In this document: positions 26,235 through 35,023 of the stretch, in pieces
How positions within the stretch are numbered: the first letter of the stretch is position 1
Layout of the letters: each line of letters opens with the position of its first letter
DNA from: Pontiella sp.
GTDB lineage: Bacteria > Verrucomicrobiota > Kiritimatiellia > Kiritimatiellales > Pontiellaceae
Length of the DNA: 64,000 nt
Direction: 5' to 3'
Assembly (NCBI GenBank): GCA_050290185.1
Contig: JBNKHE010000004.1
Span: 128,001 to 192,000 of the forward strand
Translations under genes and position numbers: made by a program
The notes under the pieces: generated by a model
What the model saw: only the letters and a program-made list of their open reading frames with translations
What the model was told of the DNA's origin: nothing
Database searches by the model: none

Positions 26235-26642
26235 CTACGACAAGCCTTCCTTGTACTGCGGGACGTCGTCGAGGATGTCGTACCAAGGCGCCTTATGGTC
26301 GACCCAGATATGGGCATCCGGACGAACGCCGGGATCGCCATCAACCGAACCGGCGCGGATCAAAAGCATCTCGGGCCCGGCATCGAAGCGAGCGATGACA
26401 TGCGATCCGCAGGTACGACAGAAGCAACGGTGCTTTCCCGGCGAGGATTGGAAGGTTTCCAGATGTTCCTCGCCCTTCACCACCTTGAAGCCGGAGGATT
26501 CGACCGCGATGATCGACGCGAAGGTTGCACCCGAAAGCTTGCGGCAATCGGGGCAATGGCAATTGATGAACCGAAGCACCTTGCCGGTGCTTTCGTACCG
26601 TACTGCCCCGCAAAAGCAACCTCCTTCAATCGAGGTCATCAC
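26235..26642 (-). CDS. GFA / CENP-V family Zn-binding protein
   Basis: GGCFCGAVRY, CHCPDCRK, FCRTCGS, HIWV..KAPW. Confidence 0.92.
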   Translation of the reverse strand: MMTSIEGGCFCGAVRYESTGKVLRFINCHCPDCRKLSGATFASIIAVESSGFKVVKGEEHLETFQSSPGKHRCFCRTCGSHVIARFDAGPEMLLIRAGSVDGDPGVRPDAHIWVDHKAPWYDILDDVPQYKEGLS

Positions 26643-26654
26643 CGGGCCCCTTTT

Positions 26655-26840
26655 TTAGTCTTCATGGGAAATTGCTTCGACCGGGCAGCCTTCTTCGGCC
26701 TCCAGCGCGCTTGCTTCCAGCTCCTCCGGTACGGGATCGAGTTTTACGCTGGAAAACTCGTCTACTTCGAATACTTCCGGGCAGGTTTCTTCGCATGCGC
26801 CGCATGCAATGCAGGTTCCCTCGTCTATTTTGAATTTCAT
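26655..26840 (-). CDS. Monocluster [4Fe-4S] ferredoxin
   Basis: CIACGACEETCP and CPVEAI; RBS AGGAG. Confidence 0.92.
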   Translation of the reverse strand: MKFKIDEGTCIACGACEETCPEVFEVDEFSSVKLDPVPEELEASALEAEEGCPVEAISHED

Positions 26841-27020
26841 GGTTTCGTCTCCTGGTTTAGTTCATTGAAATCGAGGATAGACTACACATCGATGTGCGCT
26901 CGGGCTAAAACATTTTGCGGTCAAAATACAAATATTGGCACCGGCAGACAGAACGCTTTCCGGAGGAACACGTCTGGATCCCGCATCACGGCTCTCGTTT
27001 TACATTTCACGCCCGTCCCG

Positions 27021-28016
27021 TCAATCCGTCTTGCCGAAAAGATTGTATTCGAGGCAGGGAATGATCCACGGCCAAAGACGGGTGGCGGGCTTGGATTCGA
27101 GTTCGGCCTCCACCCCATAGGGCAGATCGGAAAAAAAATCGAGGCCGGTCAGCTCTTCGAGCCTATCGATGCTGACCAGGCATTCTTTGATGCGTGTGTA
27201 GGGCGGGCAGCGCTGCTGCACAAGGAAGGCCAGCGCCCTCAATTCACCGTTCTGTTCATCGACTATGATCTTGTAGTAGGCCGATGGAACCGGCACGCCG
27301 GAATCGAGCTTCTTGATCTCCCCTTGGAATACGGGGCCGGTGATCACCCACACTTCGCGGAAGTAGCGGCCATAGCGCTTGGCCACCCGCATTTCGAGAT
27401 CCTTCCAGATGTGACGGTTTACGCCGGGGGACTGCGGAACGATATTGCTCATCAGAAAGGTTTCCTTCTGGGCCTCGGCGCCGTAGCGGGTGGCAATGCC
27501 GAAGTTCGGGGCCATGTGACCGCGGTCAAAGCCGGAGCGGGTATAGTCGTTGTGCGCGACCTGGATACGCGTACGCGTATCCACGGAAAAACGCGACTGC
27601 CGCTTTCCGGATTCGAGCTTCGGCACATCGAACAAGCGATAGGCCACCCAGAGCGGGTTTTTCATCGACTCGCTGTAGCCCACCACATAACCGCGGTTTT
27701 CCAGCCGTGTTATGCGCCCGAACAGCTTGAATCCCTGGGAAGGGAACCCGCCATAGCTCTGGTCGCCGCGGTATGCCCTGTCAATGCGGACCGCATCGTC
27801 GTGCCCGAACAGTGCAAGCTCGTCCCATCTCTGCAAAATATCGAAGCCGCTTTCGCGCAAGGTCCGGTCGATGGACGGCGCGTGGAAATAAACCTGTTGG
27901 CGCACGGACCACGGAAGATGGTAGTAGCCGATCGCAACGGAAACATAGAGAGCCGACAGGATGAGGACGGTTTTCAGTCCGCGGCGCGGCGACAGGATGC
28001 TTTTGGGAATTTTCAT
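27021..28016 (-). CDS. DNA/RNA non-specific endonuclease (NucA/EndA family), N-terminally membrane anchored
   Basis: FDRGHMAP, ETFLMSNIVPQ..N, VPSAYYKI, LEELTGLDFF. Confidence 0.93.
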   Translation of the reverse strand: MKIPKSILSPRRGLKTVLILSALYVSVAIGYYHLPWSVRQQVYFHAPSIDRTLRESGFDILQRWDELALFGHDDAVRIDRAYRGDQSYGGFPSQGFKLFGRITRLENRGYVVGYSESMKNPLWVAYRLFDVPKLESGKRQSRFSVDTRTRIQVAHNDYTRSGFDRGHMAPNFGIATRYGAEAQKETFLMSNIVPQSPGVNRHIWKDLEMRVAKRYGRYFREVWVITGPVFQGEIKKLDSGVPVPSAYYKIIVDEQNGELRALAFLVQQRCPPYTRIKECLVSIDRLEELTGLDFFSDLPYGVEAELESKPATRLWPWIIPCLEYNLFGKTD

Positions 28017-28174
28017 GCCCATTGTCTAACGGTTTCCCGCATGCGATTGCGAATAAAAAGAACCGGGTCTGAGGGGAAGAAAAGCCAAAGCGGGACTATT
28101 TTAGGCAGAATGATTTTGAGGCGGAGAGATTTCCAGACTACAAATCACACCTCACTTATCACTCATCAGGAATT

Positions 28175-31100
28175 ATGCACGTACCCTTTACACAAAAGAT
28201 TTTGGAAGATTGGGCCGGCCGCCAGACCTTCAAGGATGGCATGACGCTCTTCGAGCGCGGCAAGGTGGAAAAAGTAACCTTTGATCCCCCGTTTGTAACG
28301 GGGCAGCTGTCGATCGGCATCCGCGGCATGCGCAGCAAGTTCGAGGTGCTCAAAGACGGCCTGGTCGAAAACCACTGCCCGTGCCGCGAAAACCGGGACG
28401 AAGGCAAGATCTGTGCCCATCTGGTCGCATTGGGCCTGGAGGCCGTTCGGCTCTTCTCCGATCCGCACCGCGTCGATAAGATGGCCGAAGAAAAACGGCG
28501 CGCCGAGCGGCTGGCGTCGTTCGATGAAACGGCGTACCACACCCGCGACCCCAACGGAACACCGGCTGAACTGCGCCTCACCCTCAAGCAAAGCTGGCGC
28601 GAAAGCCTGAAAGACAAGCAGGTTCCCATGCGCTGTGCCGTCGAAGCCGCCGGACAAATCATTCCCCTGAATGAGGTCCCGAAAAAACAAGCCATGGCTC
28701 TGGATACCACCGACGACAACCTGCTGTTCGTCATCGAAGACATCTGTGAAGGTCCCGCGAAAGCAAAATTCACAGCAACGCTCTCCGACTTCATTAATAT
28801 TCTGGAACTTTGCACGGGAAAACCCATCTACGAGGGCGGCGTAGACGGCTACCTGATGGTCGATGAAAGCATCGTGTCCACCTCCATCGACATGAAACTT
28901 GATGAAGAAACCGGCGAATTGGTGCTGACCCTCCAGACGGATCACGGCGCAGATTTCACCTGTGTCGTCAGTGGAGGCAATGGCTGGATTCTCCAGGATG
29001 GCGTTTTCCAGAAGTTAGAAAAAGTCCTGCCCGGCCCGATGCGCGCCATCTACGACGGCCCCGTGCGTATTCCGCGCGATGCCATTCCATCGTTCATGAA
29101 GAACGAGCTCCCCATGCTTGAAAAGCTGACCGAGATCGAAACCAACGTCACCGCAGACATGCTTTCGCTCTCCCCGGCCAAGCCGCGCTTCCGCCTGAAA
29201 ATTGATGGGATGCAGCATACTCTTTCCGCCACCCTCTACGCCGAATACGGCATGGTGCAGCTCATCGCCGGACGCGAGGAAGCGCTGGGCAGCTTCTCCA
29301 TTCCGTCCGAAGACGATCTGCTCGATTTTCAGGTGCGTAATCCGGAAGCAGAGCAAAAGGCGCTCGAAACGATTACCGACCTCGGATTTCGCGGAAAACG
29401 CGGGGACATGCTGATGCAGATTCGCGGCAACCGCGAAGTCCTCAACTTTCTCGGCGGTGCCCTGCCCCAGCTGCAGCGCAAAGGCTGGCGGATCGATCTG
29501 GAAGGTTCCATTGCCGAATTCATGGACGATGTGGAATCGACCGTGCCGGTGGTCCATATCAATCAATCCTCCAGCAACGGCTTCTTTGAAGTCGGCTACG
29601 ATTTCGAAACCGACGGCGGCATCAGCCTCGACGAATCCGATATTCAACGCGCCATCAACATGGGCGAAGCCTTTGTTGAAAAGAAAGGCCGCACGGTCCT
29701 GCTCGACATCGACGCCATTGAAAACGCCCGGTCGGTCTTTGACGACTGCGCGGTCGGCGCCGGAGAAAAACCGGGCACGTTCAAGATGAACGATATTCAT
29801 GCGGCCTATGTGCAAGCGTCGCTCATGTCACTCGACGGGATCGACATGGAAACCGCCCCGGACTGGATGTCCAAGGCGGAGGCTCAGAACCGGAATGCCA
29901 AAGTGGAACCGGTTCCCCTGGGCGATAAGCTGGAAAACACCTTGCGCGATTATCAGAAAGCCGGGGTCTATTGGCTTAGCTTCCTGGAACGAAGTGGATT
30001 CTGCGGCATCCTCGCCGACGAAATGGGTTTGGGGAAAACCCTGCAAACCCTGACGTGGCTTTCATTGGAGCGGGAAAAAGAAGATGCCCAGAAATCCCCG
30101 GCCCTGATTATCTGCCCGACCAGCCTCGTCGATAACTGGGCCGAAGAAGCAGAAAAGTTTGTTCCGCATCTGCGCGTACTGAAAATGCATGGCACCGACC
30201 GGCATGAAAACTGGGATAAGGTTTCAGAATCCGATCTGGTGATCACATCCTACGCGTTGATCCGCCGGGATCTGGATGAATATCTCCAGCATACGTTTTC
30301 AGTCGCGGCACTCGACGAAGCACAACATATTAAGAATCGAACGACGCAGAATTCGACGGCGGTTAAAAAGATCAATGCGCACCAAAAGCTGGTACTCACC
30401 GGTACGCCGATTGAAAACAGTGTGTCCGATCTTTGGTCGATTATGGATTTCCTGATGCCCGGCTATCTGGGCAACCATAAAGCCTTCCGCGAAAACTATG
30501 AGCTCCCGATTCAAAACGGCGGTCCTGACGCCGAGCTGGCCCAGATCAAGTTGCGCAGGAAACTGCACCCCTTTCTGTTGCGCCGCCTGAAAAAGGACGT
30601 TGCCAAGGATCTACCGGAAAAGATTCAACGTGTGGCCCACTGCGCACTCAGCGGCGATCAGGCCAAGGTCTACAAGCAATTAATGGAAGGCGCCAAACGC
30701 AAAATCCAGGATCTTGGTGGAGAACAAGGCTTCAATAAGAACCGGATGGAAGTGCTGAAGGTCCTTTTGCAGCTGCGGCAAACGTGCTGTCATCTCGATC
30801 TGCTCAAGCTGCCCAACCTCAAGAGCGAGTATCCCTCCGCCAAGCTGGATCTCTTTTTCGAACTCGTCGACGAAGCAATCGATGCCGGGCACCGGATCCT
30901 CGTCTTCAGTCAGTTTACTTCCATGCTTTCGATCATCCGCGAGGAACTCGAAGCGCGGGAATTGAAATACTGCTATCTCGACGGATCGACCAAGGACCGG
31001 CAGGACCGCGTGAAACAATTCAACTCCGACAAATCGATCCCCCTATTCCTCATCAGCTTGAAAGCGGGCGGAAGTGGATTGAACCTGACCGGCGCCGACA

Positions 31101-31345
31101 TGGTGATCCATTTCGACCCGTGGTGGAATCCCGCCGTCGAGGACCAGGCCACCGACCGCGCCCACCGCATCGGACAGAAAAACACCGTCTACAGCGTCAA
31201 GCTCATCACCAAGGGCACCGTCGAGGAAAAGGTGCTGCAGATGCAGCAGAAAAAAAAGGGAGTCATCGACGCCACCCTCGAAAAGGACGGCGACATCGGC
31301 CAATCCCTGACATGGAACGACGTGCAGGAGCTGTTGAGTGTTTAG
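28175..31345 (+). CDS. SWIM zinc-finger SNF2-family helicase/ATPase
   Basis: CPC..ICAH SWIM motif; LADEMGLGKT, DEAQHIKN, LTGTPIEN, QATDRAHRIGQ. Confidence 0.95.
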   Translation: MHVPFTQKILEDWAGRQTFKDGMTLFERGKVEKVTFDPPFVTGQLSIGIRGMRSKFEVLKDGLVENHCPCRENRDEGKICAHLVALGLEAVRLFSDPHRVDKMAEEKRRAERLASFDETAYHTRDPNGTPAELRLTLKQSWRESLKDKQVPMRCAVEAAGQIIPLNEVPKKQAMALDTTDDNLLFVIEDICEGPAKAKFTATLSDFINILELCTGKPIYEGGVDGYLMVDESIVSTSIDMKLDEETGELVLTLQTDHGADFTCVVSGGNGWILQDGVFQKLEKVLPGPMRAIYDGPVRIPRDAIPSFMKNELPMLEKLTEIETNVTADMLSLSPAKPRFRLKIDGMQHTLSATLYAEYGMVQLIAGREEALGSFSIPSEDDLLDFQVRNPEAEQKALETITDLGFRGKRGDMLMQIRGNREVLNFLGGALPQLQRKGWRIDLEGSIAEFMDDVESTVPVVHINQSSSNGFFEVGYDFETDGGISLDESDIQRAINMGEAFVEKKGRTVLLDIDAIENARSVFDDCAVGAGEKPGTFKMNDIHAAYVQASLMSLDGIDMETAPDWMSKAEAQNRNAKVEPVPLGDKLENTLRDYQKAGVYWLSFLERSGFCGILADEMGLGKTLQTLTWLSLEREKEDAQKSPALIICPTSLVDNWAEEAEKFVPHLRVLKMHGTDRHENWDKVSESDLVITSYALIRRDLDEYLQHTFSVAALDEAQHIKNRTTQNSTAVKKINAHQKLVLTGTPIENSVSDLWSIMDFLMPGYLGNHKAFRENYELPIQNGGPDAELAQIKLRRKLHPFLLRRLKKDVAKDLPEKIQRVAHCALSGDQAKVYKQLMEGAKRKIQDLGGEQGFNKNRMEVLKVLLQLRQTCCHLDLLKLPNLKSEYPSAKLDLFFELVDEAIDAGHRILVFSQFTSMLSIIREELEARELKYCYLDGSTKDRQDRVKQFNSDKSIPLFLISLKAGGSGLNLTGADMVIHFDPWWNPAVEDQATDRAHRIGQKNTVYSVKLITKGTVEEKVLQMQQKKKGVIDATLEKDGDIGQSLTWNDVQELLSV

Positions 31346-31472
31346 GTTGTAGGGCGCGAACGGCTGCAGGCCTTCGCGCCGCCACAGGAGATGCTCACCA
31401 AAAGGACAGCGGGACGCATAGCGAGGCTGAATACTTGCAAGCCAACGTCTGCGACCATTCCCGCCCTACAAC
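31346..31472. repeat. GTAG-type REPIN-like element between convergent genes
   Basis: Perfect 11-bp terminal inverted repeats GTTGTAGGGCG ... CGCCCTACAAC. Confidence 0.7.
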
Positions 31473-33883
31473 GCTTGCCCAACCGTCAGTTCAACCGTTG
31501 CGGATTCAAGATCGACTGCGGAGAAGGTCACTTCGATGGTTCCCGTGTCGGCGGTGGCCTGGATGTAGGCGATCAGTTGGCCGTTTTTTGCAGGGGCGAC
31601 GTTGTCGCGGAGGTTTTCCGATGCATCGCGCGATGCATTCTCGAGTCCGAGCAACTTGCCGGAACCGCTGACGACACAGGTTACTTCGTTCTTCGCGCCA
31701 TAGACCAGCCTGCCGGCGGCATCGACGATGGAAACCGGAATAACGGCCACCGCATATTTTCCATTAAGCGTACTTCCCTTGGCTTTGGCCGAAACCGATT
31801 TTGGTTTACCATCGGGCTTGAACGAATCGAAAGCCACGGCCTTCCCATCCTTGTAGGCAACGACTTTGAGTTCGCCGGCCTTGTAGGGAATGTCCCAGTA
31901 AATGATCGCGGTATCGGGATCATACGGCTTGCGATCACCCACCTTTTCGCCATCCAAAAACAGTTCCGCCTCTTCGCCGTTGGTGTAGCAGACCACGCGC
32001 ACTTGCTGCCCGTCAGTATAATCCCACCGGCGGCCGGCATCCATGGAAGGACGGTCGTCGCGCGGCCGGGAGGCACCAAGATAGGCCACCGGGTTATCCG
32101 ACCAAAGCGCCCGACGGAAGTATCCGCGCGGTTTGATGTTGTTGGCCAGATTGATCATGCCGGTCGTGAATCCGCGAGATGGCCATGGTCCCGCTTCGCC
32201 CAGGTAATCAAAACCGGTCCAGATAAACTGGCCGAAGATAAAATCCTTGTCCCGGACCGACTTCCACGCATTCAGGTCATGGCGGGTTTCGCTGCCGTAG
32301 AGCACGCGGTCGGGATACTGGTCGTGGTCCTGGTCATATCGAAATTCAGTATAGTTGTAGCCGACGATGTCCAGCGCTCCCGGATAGTCCGTTTCGTTGG
32401 ACATCACCGCACCGGCCAGGGCCGCGGTGACTGGTCGGGATTTGTCCAGCTTGCGAACCACCGCCGCCAGCTTCTTGGCAAGCTCACCGAGGCGCTCCGC
32501 CGGCGGCTGATCCGGCGAGTATCCCCCGTAAACCTTCTGCCCGATTTTCGCCCCGTCCAAAACGGGATGGCTGTAGGGATCGTTGGGATAGTCGACCTCG
32601 TTGCCGATGCTCCACATGATGATCGACGGATGGTTGCGGTCACGCTTCACCATGGCCGCCAGATCACGTTCCGCCCACTCCTCGAAAAAGTCGGCCGATC
32701 CCTGGAAGCCGGGGGTTCCTTTGTTCCACCCCTTGATCCATTTCTTTTTCGGATATTCCCACTCGTCGAAAGCCTCGTCCATGACCAGAAAGCCGAGTTC
32801 ATCGCACAAATCATAAAGGGCCGTGGCCTGCGGATTATGGCTCATGCGGATGGCATTGCATCCGATTTCCTTGAGCTTCAGTAGACGCTCGCGCCACACC
32901 TCTTTCGGCACGGCCGCGCCCAAAACTCCGGCATCGTGATGAAGGCAGCCCCCCTTGACCTTCATCCACTCGCCATTCAAAGCGAACCCCTTGTCCGGAT
33001 CGAAGGTCAGCGACCGGATACCGACCTTCGTGACCGATGCATCGATGACCTGTCCTTTCATGGAAACGGTGGTTTTGAGTTGATAGAGGTTCGGCGTCTT
33101 CAAATCCCACAGCTTCGGCTCGGGCACCTTAAGTTCCAGGCTCAATGTGGCGTCTGCATTTTTCGAAACCGATACATTCTTGCCCCCGCTCGCTACCACC
33201 GAACCATCGGGATCCATCAGTTCGTGCTGCACGACTACATCGGCGTTCTGAGCCCAATGGTTTTCGATGGTGGTCTCGACATGGACCTGCGCCGATCCCA
33301 GCTTGTTGATTTCCGTTATGCAGTAGACGCCCCACAACCCGATATGGACCGGATTGGCGGTAATCAGATGGACCGGACGATAGATCCCCGAACCCGTGAA
33401 CCAGCGGGAATCGGCGTCGAGGCTGTGATCCACACGAACGGATACCGTATTTTTTTCACCCGGCTTTGCGCAGGAAGTAATGTCGTACATGAAGGAAACG
33501 TATCCGTTCGGTCGTTTTCCCACCGAGGTTCCATTCACGAAGACCTCGCTCCGGTTGTATACCCCCTCAAAATAGAGATAGAAGCGCTTGTGCTGTTGAT
33601 CGGCAGGAATATCCAGTTGCGTCTGGTACCACCCAATGCCGCCCGGCAGATAACCCGTGCAACTGGCCTTGTCGGGACTGGCAGGAAACTCCACGCTCCA
33701 GTCGTGCGGCACCGTCACTGGGCGCCAGTCTCCTGATTTGAGTTCTCCGGTGGCACGATCGACATCATCGCCAAGATGGAACTGCCACGAAGGAATCAGC
33801 TCCGACTGCCCGAAACCCTGGGCAAAGATTGCTGTTGTCGTGGTCAAAAGCATGATGAACAGAACATAGGGGTTTGCTTTCAT
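31466..33883 (-). CDS. Glycoside hydrolase family 2 (beta-galactosidase-like), secreted
   Basis: VPHDWS, FEGVY, RWFTGSGIYR, CLHHD, NAIRMSHNP, RDRNHPSIIMWSIGNE, WTGFDYLGE. Confidence 0.95.
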   Translation of the reverse strand: MKANPYVLFIMLLTTTTAIFAQGFGQSELIPSWQFHLGDDVDRATGELKSGDWRPVTVPHDWSVEFPASPDKASCTGYLPGGIGWYQTQLDIPADQQHKRFYLYFEGVYNRSEVFVNGTSVGKRPNGYVSFMYDITSCAKPGEKNTVSVRVDHSLDADSRWFTGSGIYRPVHLITANPVHIGLWGVYCITEINKLGSAQVHVETTIENHWAQNADVVVQHELMDPDGSVVASGGKNVSVSKNADATLSLELKVPEPKLWDLKTPNLYQLKTTVSMKGQVIDASVTKVGIRSLTFDPDKGFALNGEWMKVKGGCLHHDAGVLGAAVPKEVWRERLLKLKEIGCNAIRMSHNPQATALYDLCDELGFLVMDEAFDEWEYPKKKWIKGWNKGTPGFQGSADFFEEWAERDLAAMVKRDRNHPSIIMWSIGNEVDYPNDPYSHPVLDGAKIGQKVYGGYSPDQPPAERLGELAKKLAAVVRKLDKSRPVTAALAGAVMSNETDYPGALDIVGYNYTEFRYDQDHDQYPDRVLYGSETRHDLNAWKSVRDKDFIFGQFIWTGFDYLGEAGPWPSRGFTTGMINLANNIKPRGYFRRALWSDNPVAYLGASRPRDDRPSMDAGRRWDYTDGQQVRVVCYTNGEEAELFLDGEKVGDRKPYDPDTAIIYWDIPYKAGELKVVAYKDGKAVAFDSFKPDGKPKSVSAKAKGSTLNGKYAVAVIPVSIVDAAGRLVYGAKNEVTCVVSGSGKLLGLENASRDASENLRDNVAPAKNGQLIAYIQATADTGTIEVTFSAVDLESATVELTVGQAL

Positions 33884-33986
33884 TTCAACATACTCCAGTT
33901 GCCAAGTGCATGGAATTGTACGCAATCATCGCCCTGAAACCAGTTCTTTCCTTTGACGCACACGGCATTAGAGCCCAAGGTGCGCT

Positions 33987-34733
33987 ATGAGTATTATTTA
34001 TGAAGAGCTGGATTTCCGGCAAACATCCATCGGCGACCTGATGCTGCGGCGTCGGCGCATGCCGCAGTTCGGGGATCGCGACATCTATGAAGTAAAGCTG
34101 GGCGAGGACTTCCTGATGACCAGCCTGTTTCATGAAGCTGAAACGCAACTGGCCAGACTGGGATTGGCGGCGCTGGAACATGCCGGACTTGACGTTGTTG
34201 TTGGCGGGATTGGACTGGGATATACCGCGGTCGCCGCGCTGGAGGATAAGCGGGTGGACTCGCTCGTGGTAGTCGACTATCTCGAAAGTGTTATTGAATG
34301 GCACCGGACCGGTTTGGTTCCTCTGGGGAAAATTCTTATGGATGATACGCGCTGCACGCTGGTGCACGCCGACTTTTTCGCCATGGCCCGAGATACCGCA
34401 AACAGCTTCGATCCCGTTGCTCCAGTCAAAAAACACGATGCCATCCTGCTGGATATCGACCATACGCCGACGAACGTATTGCACCAGACCAACACGCACT
34501 TCTACACCGAAGCGGGACTGACCGAACTCGCACAGCATCTGAAACCCACCGGCGTGTTTGCCATGTGGGCAGACGGCGAACCGGAGGCCAGCTTTACCGC
34601 TCACCTAAGACAGGTGTTTCCATTGGCCACAGCCCACCGAATCGAGTTCGACAACCCCGTCACTGGCGGATCATCCGTAGGGGCCGTCTACGTGGCTAAA
34701 ATGACCACATCCCATGTCTGCGAACCGGTATAA
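33987..34733 (+). CDS. Spermidine-synthase-like SAM-dependent methyltransferase fold protein
   Basis: LMTS..E, VVVGGIGLGYT, DAILLDID, LKPTGVFAMW. Confidence 0.8.
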   Translation: MSIIYEELDFRQTSIGDLMLRRRRMPQFGDRDIYEVKLGEDFLMTSLFHEAETQLARLGLAALEHAGLDVVVGGIGLGYTAVAALEDKRVDSLVVVDYLESVIEWHRTGLVPLGKILMDDTRCTLVHADFFAMARDTANSFDPVAPVKKHDAILLDIDHTPTNVLHQTNTHFYTEAGLTELAQHLKPTGVFAMWADGEPEASFTAHLRQVFPLATAHRIEFDNPVTGGSSVGAVYVAKMTTSHVCEPV

Positions 34734-34791
34734 ACGGGCGGAAAATTTCACAGGCATCAGCCGCGCGTGCGTCTTTATCCAGTCTGGACAC

Positions 34792-34814
34792 AAAAAAACC
34801 GCCTTTCGGCGGTT
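34792..34814 (-). terminator. Intrinsic terminator after tRNA-Pro
   Basis: Minus strand reads AACCGCC-GAAA-GGCGGTTTTTTT. Confidence 0.8.
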
Positions 34815-34818
34815 AAAG

Positions 34819-34895
34819 TGGTCGGGGCGACTGGATTTGAACCAGCGGCCTCTACACCCCCAGTGTAGCGCTCTACCAGGCTGAGCCACGCCCCG
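34819..34895 (-). tRNA. tRNA-Pro (anticodon GGG)
   Basis: CGGGGCG acceptor stem, TGGCTCAGCCTGGTAGAGC D arm, CTACA-CTGGGGG-TGTAG anticodon arm, GGTTCAAATCC T arm, encoded CCA. Confidence 0.97.
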
Positions 34896-34926
34896 ATTTC
34901 CAATTGTTTAGCAATTGAAGGCGCAG

Positions 34927-34955
34927 AAAGTATCACGGAGAGCGAGGGGCGTCAA
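34927..34955 (-). promoter_or_regulatory. Sigma-70-type promoter of tRNA-Pro
   Basis: TTGACG-17 nt-TACTTT on the minus strand. Confidence 0.55.
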
Positions 34956-35023
34956 CGTCCGCCACCGAAAAAACGAGCGCCCTTTTGCTTTTAAATGCGT
35001 ATTGGAACTCTACAATGTGCGCC

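Noticed and set aside
26295..28244. 649-aa plus-strand ORF
   Set aside because: Antisense shadow of the GFA, ferredoxin and nuclease genes; no recognisable motifs.
27021..31345. Nuclease plus SNF2 helicase as an anti-phage defence system
   Set aside because: The genes are divergent, the nuclease is membrane-anchored NucA type, SWIM-SNF2 is a widespread housekeeping family, and no other defence genes are nearby.
31466..34895. Genomic island integrated at tRNA-Pro
   Set aside because: No integrase, and I found no duplicated tRNA 3' end (att site) in the window.
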